NCBI GenBank assembly: GCA_027489195.1
Contig: JAIYAG010000095.1
Span: 1-43,954, forward strand
Direction of reading: 5' to 3'
DNA length: 43,954 nt
DNA from: Burkholderiales bacterium
Lineage (GTDB): Bacteria > Pseudomonadota > Gammaproteobacteria > Burkholderiales > Burkholderiaceae_E
The first letter of the stretch is position 1, and every line of letters begins with the position of its first letter. The position numbers and the translations under genes were made by a program. Shown here piece after piece: positions 32,113 through 42,400 of this stretch. A model generated the notes under the pieces. That model was not told the origin of the DNA. It saw only the letters and a list, made by a program, of their open reading frames with translations, and did not search any database.

Positions 32113-32856
32113 ATGTCAGAGCAAGCACACAAGAAGGTCTGTCTCGTGATCGGCGTCGGCGACGGCGTCGGGGCCGCCATCGCGCGGGCCTTCGCGCTCG
32201 ACGGCTTCGAGACCGTCATCACGCGCCGCGCGCGCAACCTGCCGGACCTCGAGGCCATCGCCCAGGGCATCCGCGACCAGGGCGGCATCGTGCACGCCCG
32301 CGGCGTGGACGCCCGGTCCGAGGAAGAGACCGTGGCACTGTTCGAGGCGATCGAGCGCGACATCGGTCCGATCGAGGTGATGGTGTTCAACATCGGCGCC
32401 AACGTGCGCTTCGGCATCCGGGAGACCACCGCCCGCGTCTTCACCAAGGTCTGGGAGATGGCCTGCTTCGCCGGCTTCCTCGCCGGCCGCGAAGCCGCCC
32501 GCGTGATGGTGCCGCGCGGCCGCGGCACCATCCTCTTCACCGGCGCCACCGCCAGCCTGCGGGGCCGCGAGCACTTCTCGGCCTTCGCCGCGGCCAAGAG
32601 CGGCCTGCGCGCAGTGGCCCAGAGCATGGCGCGCGAGCTGGGCAGGCAGAACATCCATGTTGCGCACGTCGTCTGCGACGGCTCGATCGACGGCGTGTTC
32701 TCGCGCGAGAACATCCCCGACATCGAGCAGCGCGTGCAGGAAGACCGGGTCCTCAAGCCCGACGACATCGCGCTGAACTACCTCGCGCTGCACCACCAGA
32801 AGCGCTCGGCGTGGACGCACGAGATGGACCTGAGGCCGTGGAGCGAGCCCTGGTGA
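32113..32856 (+). CDS. Short-chain dehydrogenase/reductase family protein, atypical (Phe at the catalytic Tyr position)
   Basis: A Rossmann N-terminus KVCLVIGVGDGVGAAIARAF is present, and the SDR core reads ILFTGATAS...FAAAKSGLRAVAQSMAREL..IHVAHVV. The YxxxK motif reads F158-A-A-A-K162. Confidence 0.82.
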   Translation: MSEQAHKKVCLVIGVGDGVGAAIARAFALDGFETVITRRARNLPDLEAIAQGIRDQGGIVHARGVDARSEEETVALFEAIERDIGPIEVMVFNIGANVRFGIRETTARVFTKVWEMACFAGFLAGREAARVMVPRGRGTILFTGATASLRGREHFSAFAAAKSGLRAVAQSMARELGRQNIHVAHVVCDGSIDGVFSRENIPDIEQRVQEDRVLKPDDIALNYLALHHQKRSAWTHEMDLRPWSEPW

Positions 32857-33109
32857 GCGGGCGCTCGCCGGCGGCGTGCAGGCGGAGCAAGGGTACGGCC
32901 CACCGAGACGACATCCGCCAAGCTTGACCATGAACGGCGTAGGCCGGCAGCTCGGACTGACGTGTCTGCAGCAGCCGTCTCCGTTCGCGGGCCTTCAGGG
33001 AGACCGTGCCAATCGAAGGCACAATCCAGACGAACTCGCATCTTCCACCTTGGCTGGCTCGCGACGGAGCCGCTGGCTGAAGCGTGTCACTCATCAAGGG
33101 ACATCGCGC

Positions 33110-35824
33110 ATGCGCAGCACCGACACCGTCTCCGATCACGCGCACCGGCCGCTGATCGACCTTCTCGGACCGGAGCCGTTCTCACTCGACGCGCCCCAGG
33201 TCCGCGTCGCCCTGAAGCACGCCCGGCTCTACACCCCCCAGAGCTGGCTGGCGCTGCATGCCGCGGTCGCCCGGACGCTGTCCGTCGGCGAACCCTACGT
33301 GCTGGAGCTCGAGTACCTGCGCCCCGACGGCGCCACCGGCTGGGTCGAGGCCCGTGGCGAAGCGGAGCGGGACGATCGAGGCACGATCATCGGGTTGCAC
33401 GGCACGGCGCAGGACATCACGAACCGGCGCGACGCCGTGGAGCCGGGCCTGCGCGGGGACGTGTCCCGGTTCACGGCCTCGGCACCGACCGAGGCCGAAC
33501 GACAGCTGCACCTGCGTGACCGGGCCATCGCGGCGTCCGACACCGGGGTCTTCATCGTCGACCCTCATCTGCCCGACTGTCCCATCGTGTTCGCCAGCGA
33601 AGGCTTCGAACGGCTGACCGGCTACACGGCCTCCGAAGCGATGGGCCTCAATTGCCGCTTCCTGCAAGGCCGCGACACCGACCCGGGCGCCGTTGCCCGA
33701 CTGCGCGAGGCGGTCCGCGCATGCCGGCCGGTGCGTCAGGCGCTGATCAACTACCGCAAGGACGGCACGCCGTTCTGGAACGACCTCGCCATCTCTCCCG
33801 TGACGGACGCGCAGGGCCGCGTCACGCACCTGGTCGGCATCCAGAACGACGTGTCCGCGATGTATGCGTTGCAGGCGGCGCTGCAGGCCTCCAAGGACAG
33901 GCTGGCGCTCGGTGTCGAAGTGGCCGACCTGGCGCTGGCGGAGATCGACTACGACAGCGGGCTCAACCACCTGACGCCCGAGGCGGCCCGGGCGTTCGGT
34001 CTGGGGCAGGTGGCGCGGGTCGTGCCCCGCGAGCAGGTGCACGCGACCTTCCATCCTGACGACAGGGATGAGCTGGCGCGGCGCATCGCAGCGTGCCTCG
34101 ATCCGGCAGGGCCCGGCTGGTTCGCGATGGACCATCGGATCGTCCGGCCCGATGGCACGGTCCGCTGGCTGACGGTGCGCAAGCAGGTGTTCTTCTGCGG
34201 CGAGGGGCTCGCGCGCCGACCGCAGCGTGCCGTGCTGGCCGTGCGCGACGTGACCGAACGCAAGCGCGTCGAAGCACGGCTGGTGGACAGTCTCACCCGC
34301 GTCCAGTTGGCGACCGAGGCCACCGCGGTCGGCATCTGGGAATGGAATGTCCTGGACGACACCCTGCGCTGGGACGCGCAGATGTTCCGCCTCTATGGCA
34401 TGTCTCCGACGCCCGATGGTGTCCTGCAATACCAGGACTGGACCGCAGCAGTCGTCGAGGATGAACTCGCCGATCAGGAGCGGATCCTGCAGGACACGGC
34501 GCACCGAGGCGGGCGCAGTCGCCGGCAGTTCCGCATACGCCGTCGCGATGACGGACTGCAGCGCGACATCGAAGCGGTGGAGGTGGCGCGCAGGAACGCC
34601 GCCGGGGACATCGAGTGGGTGCTCGGAACGAATCTGGACATCACGGAGCGCAGGGACGTCGAGCGTCGGCTGCAGCACGCCGCGGCCGCCCTGACCGATG
34701 CAGACCGGCGCAAGGACGAGTTCCTCGCCACGCTGTCCCATGAGCTGCGCAACCCGCTGGCGCCCGTCTCCAATTCGCTGGAGCTGCTGAAGCGGGCGAC
34801 CGGAGACCTCACCCTGATCGATCGCGCGCGGGCGACGATGGAGCGTCAACTGGCGCAGCTGGTTCGCCTGATCGACGACCTGCTCGACGTGAGCCGCATC
34901 ACCCGCGACAAGCTCACCTTGCAGCGGGAGCGCACGTTCCTGTCGGACGTCGTGCACGATGCCGTCGAGATCTGTCAGCCTCACTTCGAGCGTGCCGATC
35001 AGACCCTGAGCGTCACGCTGCCGTCCGGTCCCGTGCCGCTGCACGCCGATGCGGCGCGTCTGGTGCAGGTGCTGGGCAATCTGCTGAACAACGCGTCGAA
35101 GTACACGCCGACCGGCGGGCAGGTCGAGCTGGTGGCCGAGTCTCGCCCCGATCAGGTGGTGGTGACGGTGCGAGACAACGGCATCGGCATTGCGGCGGAC
35201 ATGCAGGCGAAGGTCTTCGAGCTGTTCGCGCAGGTCGACGCGTCGCGCGAGCTGTCCAAGGGTGGGCTGGGGATCGGGCTCGCCCTCGCGAGGCGGCTGG
35301 CGGAAATGCATGGCGGCACGATCGCGGTCCGCAGCGAGGGACCGGGGCGCGGCAGCGAATTCGTCGTCACGTTGCCGCCGATGCATGCCGAACCCGACGC
35401 GCCGGCCGCAGCCGATCGTTCCGGCGCCCCGGCGCACAGGGCAGCCCGGCGCATCCTGGTGGTCGACGACAACCTGGACAGTGCGCAGACCATGGCGCTG
35501 CTGCTGGAACTCGATGGCCACCAGACCCTGACGGCGCATGACGGGCCCGAGGCATTGGACAAGGCGTCGGCATTCCGGCCCGAGGTGGTCCTGCTCGACA
35601 TCGGCCTGCCGCATCTGAGCGGCTACGAAGTGTGTCGACGGCTGCGTCAGCAGCCCTGGGGCAGCGATGCGCTGATCATCGCCATGACGGGGTGGGGACA
35701 GGCCGACGATCTGCGCAAGTCGGCCCACGCCGGATTCGACAATCACTGCGTCAAGCCCGTCGATCACGACGCCCTGACGGCACTCATCCAGCAAGCCCGT
35801 CCAGGGACGGGGGCGGAGCGATGA
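33110..35824 (+). CDS. LOV/PAS multi-sensor hybrid histidine kinase (PAS, LOV, two PAS, HisKA, HATPase, REC)
   Basis: The LOV core is PIVFASEGFERLTGYTASEAMGLNCRFLQGRDTD, with the flavin-adduct Cys182 codon at 33653-33655. The H-box is FLATLSHELRNPL (H544). The ATPase boxes are LLNNASKYTP, DNGIGI and GGLGIGLALARRLAE. The REC reads RILVVDDN...VVLLDIGLPHLSG. The start is taken at the ATG at 33110; the ORF is open from 32876. Confidence 0.9.
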   Translation: MRSTDTVSDHAHRPLIDLLGPEPFSLDAPQVRVALKHARLYTPQSWLALHAAVARTLSVGEPYVLELEYLRPDGATGWVEARGEAERDDRGTIIGLHGTAQDITNRRDAVEPGLRGDVSRFTASAPTEAERQLHLRDRAIAASDTGVFIVDPHLPDCPIVFASEGFERLTGYTASEAMGLNCRFLQGRDTDPGAVARLREAVRACRPVRQALINYRKDGTPFWNDLAISPVTDAQGRVTHLVGIQNDVSAMYALQAALQASKDRLALGVEVADLALAEIDYDSGLNHLTPEAARAFGLGQVARVVPREQVHATFHPDDRDELARRIAACLDPAGPGWFAMDHRIVRPDGTVRWLTVRKQVFFCGEGLARRPQRAVLAVRDVTERKRVEARLVDSLTRVQLATEATAVGIWEWNVLDDTLRWDAQMFRLYGMSPTPDGVLQYQDWTAAVVEDELADQERILQDTAHRGGRSRRQFRIRRRDDGLQRDIEAVEVARRNAAGDIEWVLGTNLDITERRDVERRLQHAAAALTDADRRKDEFLATLSHELRNPLAPVSNSLELLKRATGDLTLIDRARATMERQLAQLVRLIDDLLDVSRITRDKLTLQRERTFLSDVVHDAVEICQPHFERADQTLSVTLPSGPVPLHADAARLVQVLGNLLNNASKYTPTGGQVELVAESRPDQVVVTVRDNGIGIAADMQAKVFELFAQVDASRELSKGGLGIGLALARRLAEMHGGTIAVRSEGPGRGSEFVVTLPPMHAEPDAPAAADRSGAPAHRAARRILVVDDNLDSAQTMALLLELDGHQTLTAHDGPEALDKASAFRPEVVLLDIGLPHLSGYEVCRRLRQQPWGSDALIIAMTGWGQADDLRKSAHAGFDNHCVKPVDHDALTALIQQARPGTGAER

Positions 35825-35852
35825 TCATGGCCCTGCCGCACTGGCCCGGCGC

Positions 35853-37613
35853 CTAGCTCGCCGGCGCCACCGCGGGTTCCCCTGCACGGTCCTCCCAGTC
35901 CACCCAGGGCACCGAGTTCGATTCGAGATAGGCACTCACCGCCTCGCCGAGGGTGGCGAAGAAGTGTGGCTCGCCGAGTCTGGCGAAGAGCCCGAAGCGC
36001 TTGAGCGTGTCCTTGACCGGATCCTTCATCTCGGCAAAGCACAGGTCGATGCCCGCCTCGTGCAGCGTCGCCTCGAGTTCATCCAGCACATCGGCCGAGG
36101 TGACGTCCACGCCGGTGATCGGCTCGGCGCCGACCACCAGCCAGCGAACGGGTGTCGGCGATCCGGCCACCGCGTTCAGCGCGCGATCGCGGAACAGCGC
36201 CGCGTTGGCGAAGAACAGCGGTGCATCCCACCGGAACAGCACCAGGCCAGGCACCACGCGGGCCTCGGGGTAGCGCGTGATGTCGTGATACCCCTTGATG
36301 CCATCGACGCGGCCCAGCACCGCCGAGTGCGGCCGCCAGCCGTCCCACAGGAACTCGATGACGGCCACCAGGATCGCCAGGCCGATGCCGGGTATCGCGC
36401 CCAGCAGCGCCACGCCCAGCAGGCAGCCGATCGACAGCCAGAACTCCCAGCGCTGGATGCGCCAGATGCGGCGCAGGTCGGTGACTTCGATCAGGCCGAT
36501 GGCCGCGGCGATCACAACCGCCGCCAGGGCCGCGACCGGAAGGTTGCTCAGCAGGCCGGGAGCCATCAACAGCATCGCGCCGACGGACAACGCCCCCACC
36601 ACGCCGGTGAGCTGGGTCTTGGCGCCGGCGGCCTGGGCCACGGGTGTGCGCGAGGCGCTGGCGCTGGTGGGAAATCCCTGGAACGGCCCGGCCGCGAGGT
36701 TGGCTGCGCCGAGGCCGACCATTTCCTGGTTCGGATCGACGAACGACGCCGTCCGGCCCGCGTAGGTCCGTGACAGCACGCTGGTGTCGGCGAACGAGAT
36801 CAGTGCCACCGCCAGCCCGCCCAGCAGTACCGGTGCGATGTCGTCGGCGCCCATGGAAGGCAGCGAGAAGCCCGGCAGCCCCTGCGGCAATGCGCCGAGC
36901 ACGGGCAAGCCGGCATGGGTGCCGGTGGAGGCGGCCAGGTCCAGGAGGGTGACGAGCAGGGTCGCGCCCACCACGGCGATCAGGACGCCCGGCAGCCGCG
37001 GATGCCGCCCGAGGAGGAGGATCGTCAGCAAGGTTCCTCCGCCGACGGCCAGCGCCAGGGGATTCGTGCTGCCGGCCCGCAGGGCCAGTCCGAATTGCCA
37101 GCACCCGTCCAGCAGTCCATCGGCATCCACGCGGAAGCCGAAGAGCGCCGGCAACTGGCTGGCGATCACCGTCAGCGCGATGCCGTTCATGTAGCCATAG
37201 CGGATCGGCGTGGACAGCAGCTCGGTGACGAAGCCCAGCCGCGCGATGCCGGCTCCGACGCAGAGGGCTCCGGACACCAGGGCCATCATGCCGGCCAGGG
37301 CGACCGCACGTTGCGGGTCGCCGGCCGACAGCGGCAACACGACGGCCAGAATGAGGGCAGCCAGCGAGGAATCCGGCCCCAGGACCAGGATGCGGCTCGG
37401 ACCGAACAGGGCATATGCCAGCAGCCCGGCCATGGTGGCGTACAGCCCGCAGATGCCGGGCACGCCGGACGCCACGGCGTAGGCGATGCCGACGGGCACC
37501 AGCACGGCGGTCAAGGCCAGCCCGGCGAGCACGTCGCGTGGCAGCCAAGCCAGCTCGTAGTGACGCAGCACCGCCACGCCCGGCAGCCAGCGCAACCAGC
37601 CAGCTAGACCCAT
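35853..37613 (-). CDS. SulP/SLC26-family anion transporter with a C-terminal STAS domain (no CNB domain)
   Basis: LPRDVLAGLALTAVLVPVGIAYAVASGVPGICGLYATMAGLLAYALFGPSRILVLGPDS is a canonical SulP N-terminus. The STAS domain reads LVLFRWDAPLFFANA...VVGAEPITGVDVTSA. The start ATG at 37613 overlaps the corA stop by 10 nt. Confidence 0.9.
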   Translation of the reverse strand: MGLAGWLRWLPGVAVLRHYELAWLPRDVLAGLALTAVLVPVGIAYAVASGVPGICGLYATMAGLLAYALFGPSRILVLGPDSSLAALILAVVLPLSAGDPQRAVALAGMMALVSGALCVGAGIARLGFVTELLSTPIRYGYMNGIALTVIASQLPALFGFRVDADGLLDGCWQFGLALRAGSTNPLALAVGGGTLLTILLLGRHPRLPGVLIAVVGATLLVTLLDLAASTGTHAGLPVLGALPQGLPGFSLPSMGADDIAPVLLGGLAVALISFADTSVLSRTYAGRTASFVDPNQEMVGLGAANLAAGPFQGFPTSASASRTPVAQAAGAKTQLTGVVGALSVGAMLLMAPGLLSNLPVAALAAVVIAAAIGLIEVTDLRRIWRIQRWEFWLSIGCLLGVALLGAIPGIGLAILVAVIEFLWDGWRPHSAVLGRVDGIKGYHDITRYPEARVVPGLVLFRWDAPLFFANAALFRDRALNAVAGSPTPVRWLVVGAEPITGVDVTSADVLDELEATLHEAGIDLCFAEMKDPVKDTLKRFGLFARLGEPHFFATLGEAVSAYLESNSVPWVDWEDRAGEPAVAPAS

Positions 37614-38575
37614 CCGGCCCGACGCAATCGACGGTAGACGAGGACACATCCCGCCGCGGTCACGGCAACGGCCATCGGATAGCCGGCCTTCCACTTCAAC
37701 TCGGGCATCCACTCGAAGTTCATCCCGTACAGGCTGAAGATGACGGTGGGGATGGCAAGGATCGCGCCCCAGCCCGCCAGGCGCTTGACCACCTCGTTCT
37801 GGTTGTTGGCCACCAGTGCCAGGTTCACCTGCATCGCAGTGGTCAGCATGTCCCGCATGCCATCGATCAGGCCCACCAGGCGCGAGACATGATCCTGGAT
37901 GTCCCGGAAGTAGGCCCGCAGTTCCCTGGGGATCAGGTCCTCGTGCAGACGCATCAGCTCGGCGCTGATCTCCGCCAGGGGCAGCGCGGCGTTGCGAAGC
38001 TCGAGGAGGTTGCGCTTCAGCGCGTACAGGCGCTCGATCACGAGCCTGTCGAACCGATCCTTGAAGATGTCGGTCTCGATCGCATCGAAGTCCTGTTCGA
38101 ACTGGGCAACGACCGGCTGGTAGTTGTCGGCCACGAAGTCCAGGATCGCGTAGAGGGCGAAGCCCGGTCCCTTGGGCAGGCCCCTGGTGCCGTCTTCGCA
38201 GCGCTGCAGCACCTGCGCGAAGCTCGACGACGCGCCGTGGCGCACCGACACCAGGAAGTTGGGTCCGACGAAGAGATGCGTCTCTCCGTAGGCCACCTGG
38301 CTGGCCCGCAGCTGGGCCGTCTTCAGCACGATGAACAGCGAGTCGCTGTAGGCCTCGATCTTCGGGCGCTGATGGGCGTGGTGAGCGTCCTCGATCGCCA
38401 GTTCATGCAGACCGAAGGCCCGCTGGATGCTTCGCAGCGTGACATCGTCCGGCTCGTGCAGTCCGAGCCACACGAACGTGCCGGGTTGCCTGATGGCCTC
38501 GCCGATGTCGGCGATGGGGATGTCGCCGATCCGCTTGCCGTCTCGATAGCACCTGCTGTCCACGAGGGATGTCAT
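37604..38575 (-). CDS. corA: Magnesium/cobalt transporter CorA
   Basis: The C-terminal YGMNFEWMPE (GMN motif) is followed by a second TM segment. The N-terminal soluble domain contains FVWLGLHEPD. The ATG at 38575 has a GGAG a few nt upstream; an in-frame ATG at 38608 is an alternative. Confidence 0.9.
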   Translation of the reverse strand: MTSLVDSRCYRDGKRIGDIPIADIGEAIRQPGTFVWLGLHEPDDVTLRSIQRAFGLHELAIEDAHHAHQRPKIEAYSDSLFIVLKTAQLRASQVAYGETHLFVGPNFLVSVRHGASSSFAQVLQRCEDGTRGLPKGPGFALYAILDFVADNYQPVVAQFEQDFDAIETDIFKDRFDRLVIERLYALKRNLLELRNAALPLAEISAELMRLHEDLIPRELRAYFRDIQDHVSRLVGLIDGMRDMLTTAMQVNLALVANNQNEVVKRLAGWGAILAIPTVIFSLYGMNFEWMPELKWKAGYPMAVAVTAAGCVLVYRRLRRAGWV

Positions 38576-38611
38576 CGCCTTGCTCCGCTCGTCGTCGAGC
38601 GAAAACATGCG

Positions 38612-39343
38612 TCAGCCCACGGCGCGCAGGCGCCACAGCGGGTCGGCCCAGTCCATCGGGAACGCCTGCAGCGCACGCTCGAGCTCCGCGTGCCACCCGT
38701 CGCGCGCGACGGCGAGGTCGTCGGCGGTGAACCGGCCCTGGCGGAACCCCGCGCCCGTGCCGTCGTCGACCACCACGTCGATCGGGAAGTCCACGTCGAT
38801 GACGCTGGCCCGGGTCGCGTCGAACGCCAGGTAGGCGAGCGCGAGCGCGGTGCGCAGCGGCGTGCGATGGCCGAGCAGGCGGTCGAGGATCGGCTTGCCG
38901 AAATGGCTTCGGCCGATGACGAAGTACGGCGAGTCCTGCGTGGCGCTGATCCAGTTGCACTCGGGGAAGACCTGGAACAGGCAGGGCTCGGCGTCGGCCG
39001 CGAGCCGCCCGCCGATGATCGCGTGCAGGTTGAACGACAGGCCGCCGGCGTTGAGGGTCGCCTCGTCCTCGGCGCGCACTTCGCGCAGCGCGTCGCCGAA
39101 CGCCGAGGCGAGCTGGTGCGCCCGGGTGAACGGCTCGGGCATCGCCGCGAGCCGGTCCTCGAGGCGGCTGACCGCCTTGTCGCGTACCGAGCGCAGGCCC
39201 GAGGTCATCAGGAACAGCCGGCGCTCTCCGACCTCGAGCATCGACAGCTTCGCCTTGCTCGAGACCTGCTCGCCACGGACGATCTGGGTGTCGGCCAGGG
39301 CGATCAGCCCGGCGTCGATGCGGATACCGATGCAGAAGGTCAT
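38612..39343 (-). CDS. Proteasome-type Ntn-hydrolase (Anbu-like bacterial proteasome homologue)
   Basis: The N-terminus is M-TFCIGIRIDAGLIALADTQIVRGEQVSSKAKL. That gives Thr1 after Met removal, Asp17, and Lys29/31 near the proteasome Lys33 position. At 243 aa it is typical of Anbu/beta-subunit homologues. The start is at the ATG at 39343. Confidence 0.72.
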   Translation of the reverse strand: MTFCIGIRIDAGLIALADTQIVRGEQVSSKAKLSMLEVGERRLFLMTSGLRSVRDKAVSRLEDRLAAMPEPFTRAHQLASAFGDALREVRAEDEATLNAGGLSFNLHAIIGGRLAADAEPCLFQVFPECNWISATQDSPYFVIGRSHFGKPILDRLLGHRTPLRTALALAYLAFDATRASVIDVDFPIDVVVDDGTGAGFRQGRFTADDLAVARDGWHAELERALQAFPMDWADPLWRLRAVG

Positions 39344-39449
39344 GGGGTGCCGGCGGGAGGTCGGCACCGCGCGCGATCGCGCGGTGCCTGCCAGCGTGCG
39401 TCGAGGCAAGAAGCGGGCCCGGCTCGGACGTGCCGGGCCGCCCCGAGGC

Positions 39450-42400
39450 TCAGGGCCGGTACAGCTCCACCCGGTCGAGCAGCGCGCCCAGCCCGTCGTT
39501 CTCGCCCGACTCCGAGAACGTCAGCGTGTCCTGGCCGGTCCCGACCACCCGCAGCGTGAACGTCTGCCAGCGGGGGGCGGTGAGCCCGGCCCCCTCGGGG
39601 GAGAAGCTGGCGACCTCGCGGCCGTTCCACCGGACCACGAACGCGTTGGAGTACGCCGAGACGCCGGGGCGCGGCGAGTAGGCGAAGCGCAGCTCCAGCG
39701 GCTCGCCCGGCCGGGTCGTGACGGTCTGCGAGATCGCGTCGTACTTGTTGGGCTTGCCCTCCACGTCGAGCTCGACCCACGAATCGCCGTTCGCGCCGCG
39801 CAGTCCGAAGAGCGATCGCCACACCTCGACCGCGAAGCGGCCGGTCCAGCCGCGCACCCCGTCGAGCACGGCATACGTGCCGGGCTGCAGCGGGTTCTCG
39901 TCGAAGCTGCCGTTCTCCAGCAGGTTGCCGCAGGCGCGGTCGGCGGTGCGCCCGCGCAGCGAGTCGTGGGTGCCGTCGACGTCCTGGTCCATGCCGATGC
40001 GACGCTCGGTGCCGCTGCGCACCGCGGTGTAGGTGATCGGCCGATCCGCCGAGGCCTGTGCCCGCAGCGCGTCGAACGACACGGTCTCGTAGGCGCGGTC
40101 GGTCCAGAAGGTGCCGTTGCCGACGTACGCGAAGCCCTTGCGCTGGCCGCCGACGCAGGCGTGGGCTACCAGCCCGACCGCGCCGCGATCGGCCAGCGTG
40201 CGCAGGTCGGCGAGCAGCGGGGGCGCGGTCGAGCCCGAGCGCAGCGTGAGCTGGCGTCCGACGGCTGCGTGTGCATCGACCGCGACGGTGTGCGCGTCCA
40301 GCCCGAACGGCACGTACGGGAACGAGCCGTTGAACGAGTACATGAACGCCATCATGTCGTTGCTGCGCGTGCGGTTGTGCGACGCGTCGTAGGTGCCGTC
40401 CTGCTGGAAGCCGAAGCCCGCGGAGCTGCCGGTGGCATCGTCGAACCACAGGCCGTCGCGCTTGTAGAAGTTCTGCCAGCGCGGCGCGGTGAGCACGATG
40501 CCTTCGCCCGAGAACTGCGGCCGGTTGGAGTGGAAGACCGCGCCGCGCCCGGTATGGCCCAGGTGGCAGCTTCGGCAGCGCTGCTCGAACTCGCGGGCCC
40601 CGGCTTCGGCGTCGCCGGTGCGCAGCGTCGCGCCGCGCGGGCCGGGGATGTCGACCCGGTTGGAGTACGAGTTGTCGAGCTTGCGGTACGGATTGGGCGG
40701 CGTGCGCAGCGTCGCGAGGTAGGTGCGCATCGAGGCCATCTCGGCTGCGGTGGCGGGCGCGTCGGCGCCCTGCAGGTCACGGAACGCACCGGCGAAGTGG
40801 GCGAGGTCGGGCTTGTCGCCGCGCCAGTGCAGCAGCGCGCTCTGCATGGTGTCGACCAGGGTCTGCGTCAGCAGCGGCCCCTTCATCGGATGGTGGCTGA
40901 CAGTGCGTCCGTTCACGTCGGTGGCGGCGACCATCTCGCCGGCCGGGTTGCCGAGGTCCCAGGCGAGGCGGTCGGTCTTGCCGTCGACGTGGCACGAGGC
41001 GCACGACACGTGGCCGGTGCCCGAGGTCCGATGGGTGTCGTAGAGCAGCGGACGACCGGCACGCACCTCGGGCGGGGTCGGATCGAACGACAGCTCGAAG
41101 CGTCCGGTCACGCGCTCGCTGCCGAGGTCGACGATCGAGACCGACGCGTCGAAGCGGTTCAGCACGAACGCGCGCTGCGAGGACTCCTGCAGCACGACAC
41201 CGGTCGGACCCTGCCCGACCTCGATCGTCGGTGCGCGGCCCGCGCGGCGCCCCTGGGCGTCGATCACCACCAGGTTGTTCGAGCCCATGCCGGTCACGTA
41301 GGCACGGGTGCCCGCCGCATTCCACGCGATGCCGCGCGGGTCGCCGATGGAACGCTCGCGCTCGGCGCGCGGCACGCGGGCGCTCGTGTAGTCGAGGTGC
41401 GGGTTCAGGTCGTCGGTCGAGATGCCGCCGCGGGCATCGACCTGGCCGAGCTGCACCCGCAGGAAACGGCCGTTGAGGTTCGGCTCGTAGCGGATCTCGT
41501 TCAGCGCATCGGTGCCGACCATCGAGACCGCGCCGTTCGCCGGGTTCACCGCGAGCGCCATCACGATGTTCAGCATGCCGCCGCGGTAGCTCACCTGGCG
41601 GGTGGCGGTGTCGATCATCGCGAGGTCGCGGTCGACCAGGTCCCAGCCCTGCACGCGGCCGCGGGTGTTGCCGCCCACCGCCTGCGGGCCGCCGGTGACC
41701 ATCGCACGCCAGTTGCGGCCGTTGTCGTCCAGCCAGTCGCCGGCGGCGGTGCGCCGCACGATCAGGCTCGTGCCGGGCGGCGGCGGGTCGTTGGCCGGGT
41801 TCAGCGGCGGCTCGAAGGCCGTCGCGTTGCGCGCGTTCGGCGGTGGGTTCACGCCGCCGTAGGGGCCCGCCGGATGGCGCACGATGTTCGGCTCGACGCC
41901 GCTGTTCTTGGCCGACAGCGCGATGGTGCCGTTGCCCGACTCGAAGATGCCGAGGTAGACGGTGCGGCCGTCGCGGCTGGCCGCGAGCGCACGGGGCTGC
42001 TGGCCCAGGATCGGCAGGCGCGCCAGCGGCGCCGCGGTCGCGGCCGGATCGAACACCAGCAGCGTGCGCGACTGGGCGCAGGACACGTAGGCGCGCCGCG
42101 GCGAGCCGGCGAACACGACGTCGGCGGGCTCGTCGTCGGTGTCGACCGTCGACACCACGGTGCCGCGCTCGAGGTCGACCACGCTGATGCTGTCGGAGAG
42201 GTGGTTGACCACCCAGGCCTCGGTGTTCGAGGCGGCGCGCACCGTGACCGGGTCGAGGCCGACGTTGACGACCGTCGAGCGCGCCACGCGTCCGGCGGCG
42301 ACGTCGAAGACCTCGAGCGTGCCGGCGGCGGTGTTGACCACCAGCAGCCGCTTGCCGTCGGGCGTGAGGTCCATCGGATGGACGTGCGGCGACTCGAAGT

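Noticed and set aside
32857-33109. A possible small RNA or riboswitch in the 253-nt AT-richer gap upstream of the LOV kinase. It contains a 6-bp hairpin, GTCTCC at 32977-32982 pairing with GGAGAC at 32999-33004.
   Set aside because: Only a weak, short stem is visible. There is no recognisable riboswitch core, no tRNA-like T-loop and no terminator. This is insufficient evidence without covariance-model search or transcript data.
33182-35794. An 870-aa minus-strand ORF antisense to the LOV histidine kinase. Similar antisense ORFs include 28672..30765 over phoX, 15638..17653 over the MCP, 21533..23218 and 21661..23241 over SulP, 37415..39559 over corA and the Anbu-like gene, and 1991..3574 over the ggt-like gene.
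   Set aside because: All are mirror-frame artefacts of high-GC coding DNA. They show no conserved motifs and are incompatible with the strongly supported genes on the other strand.
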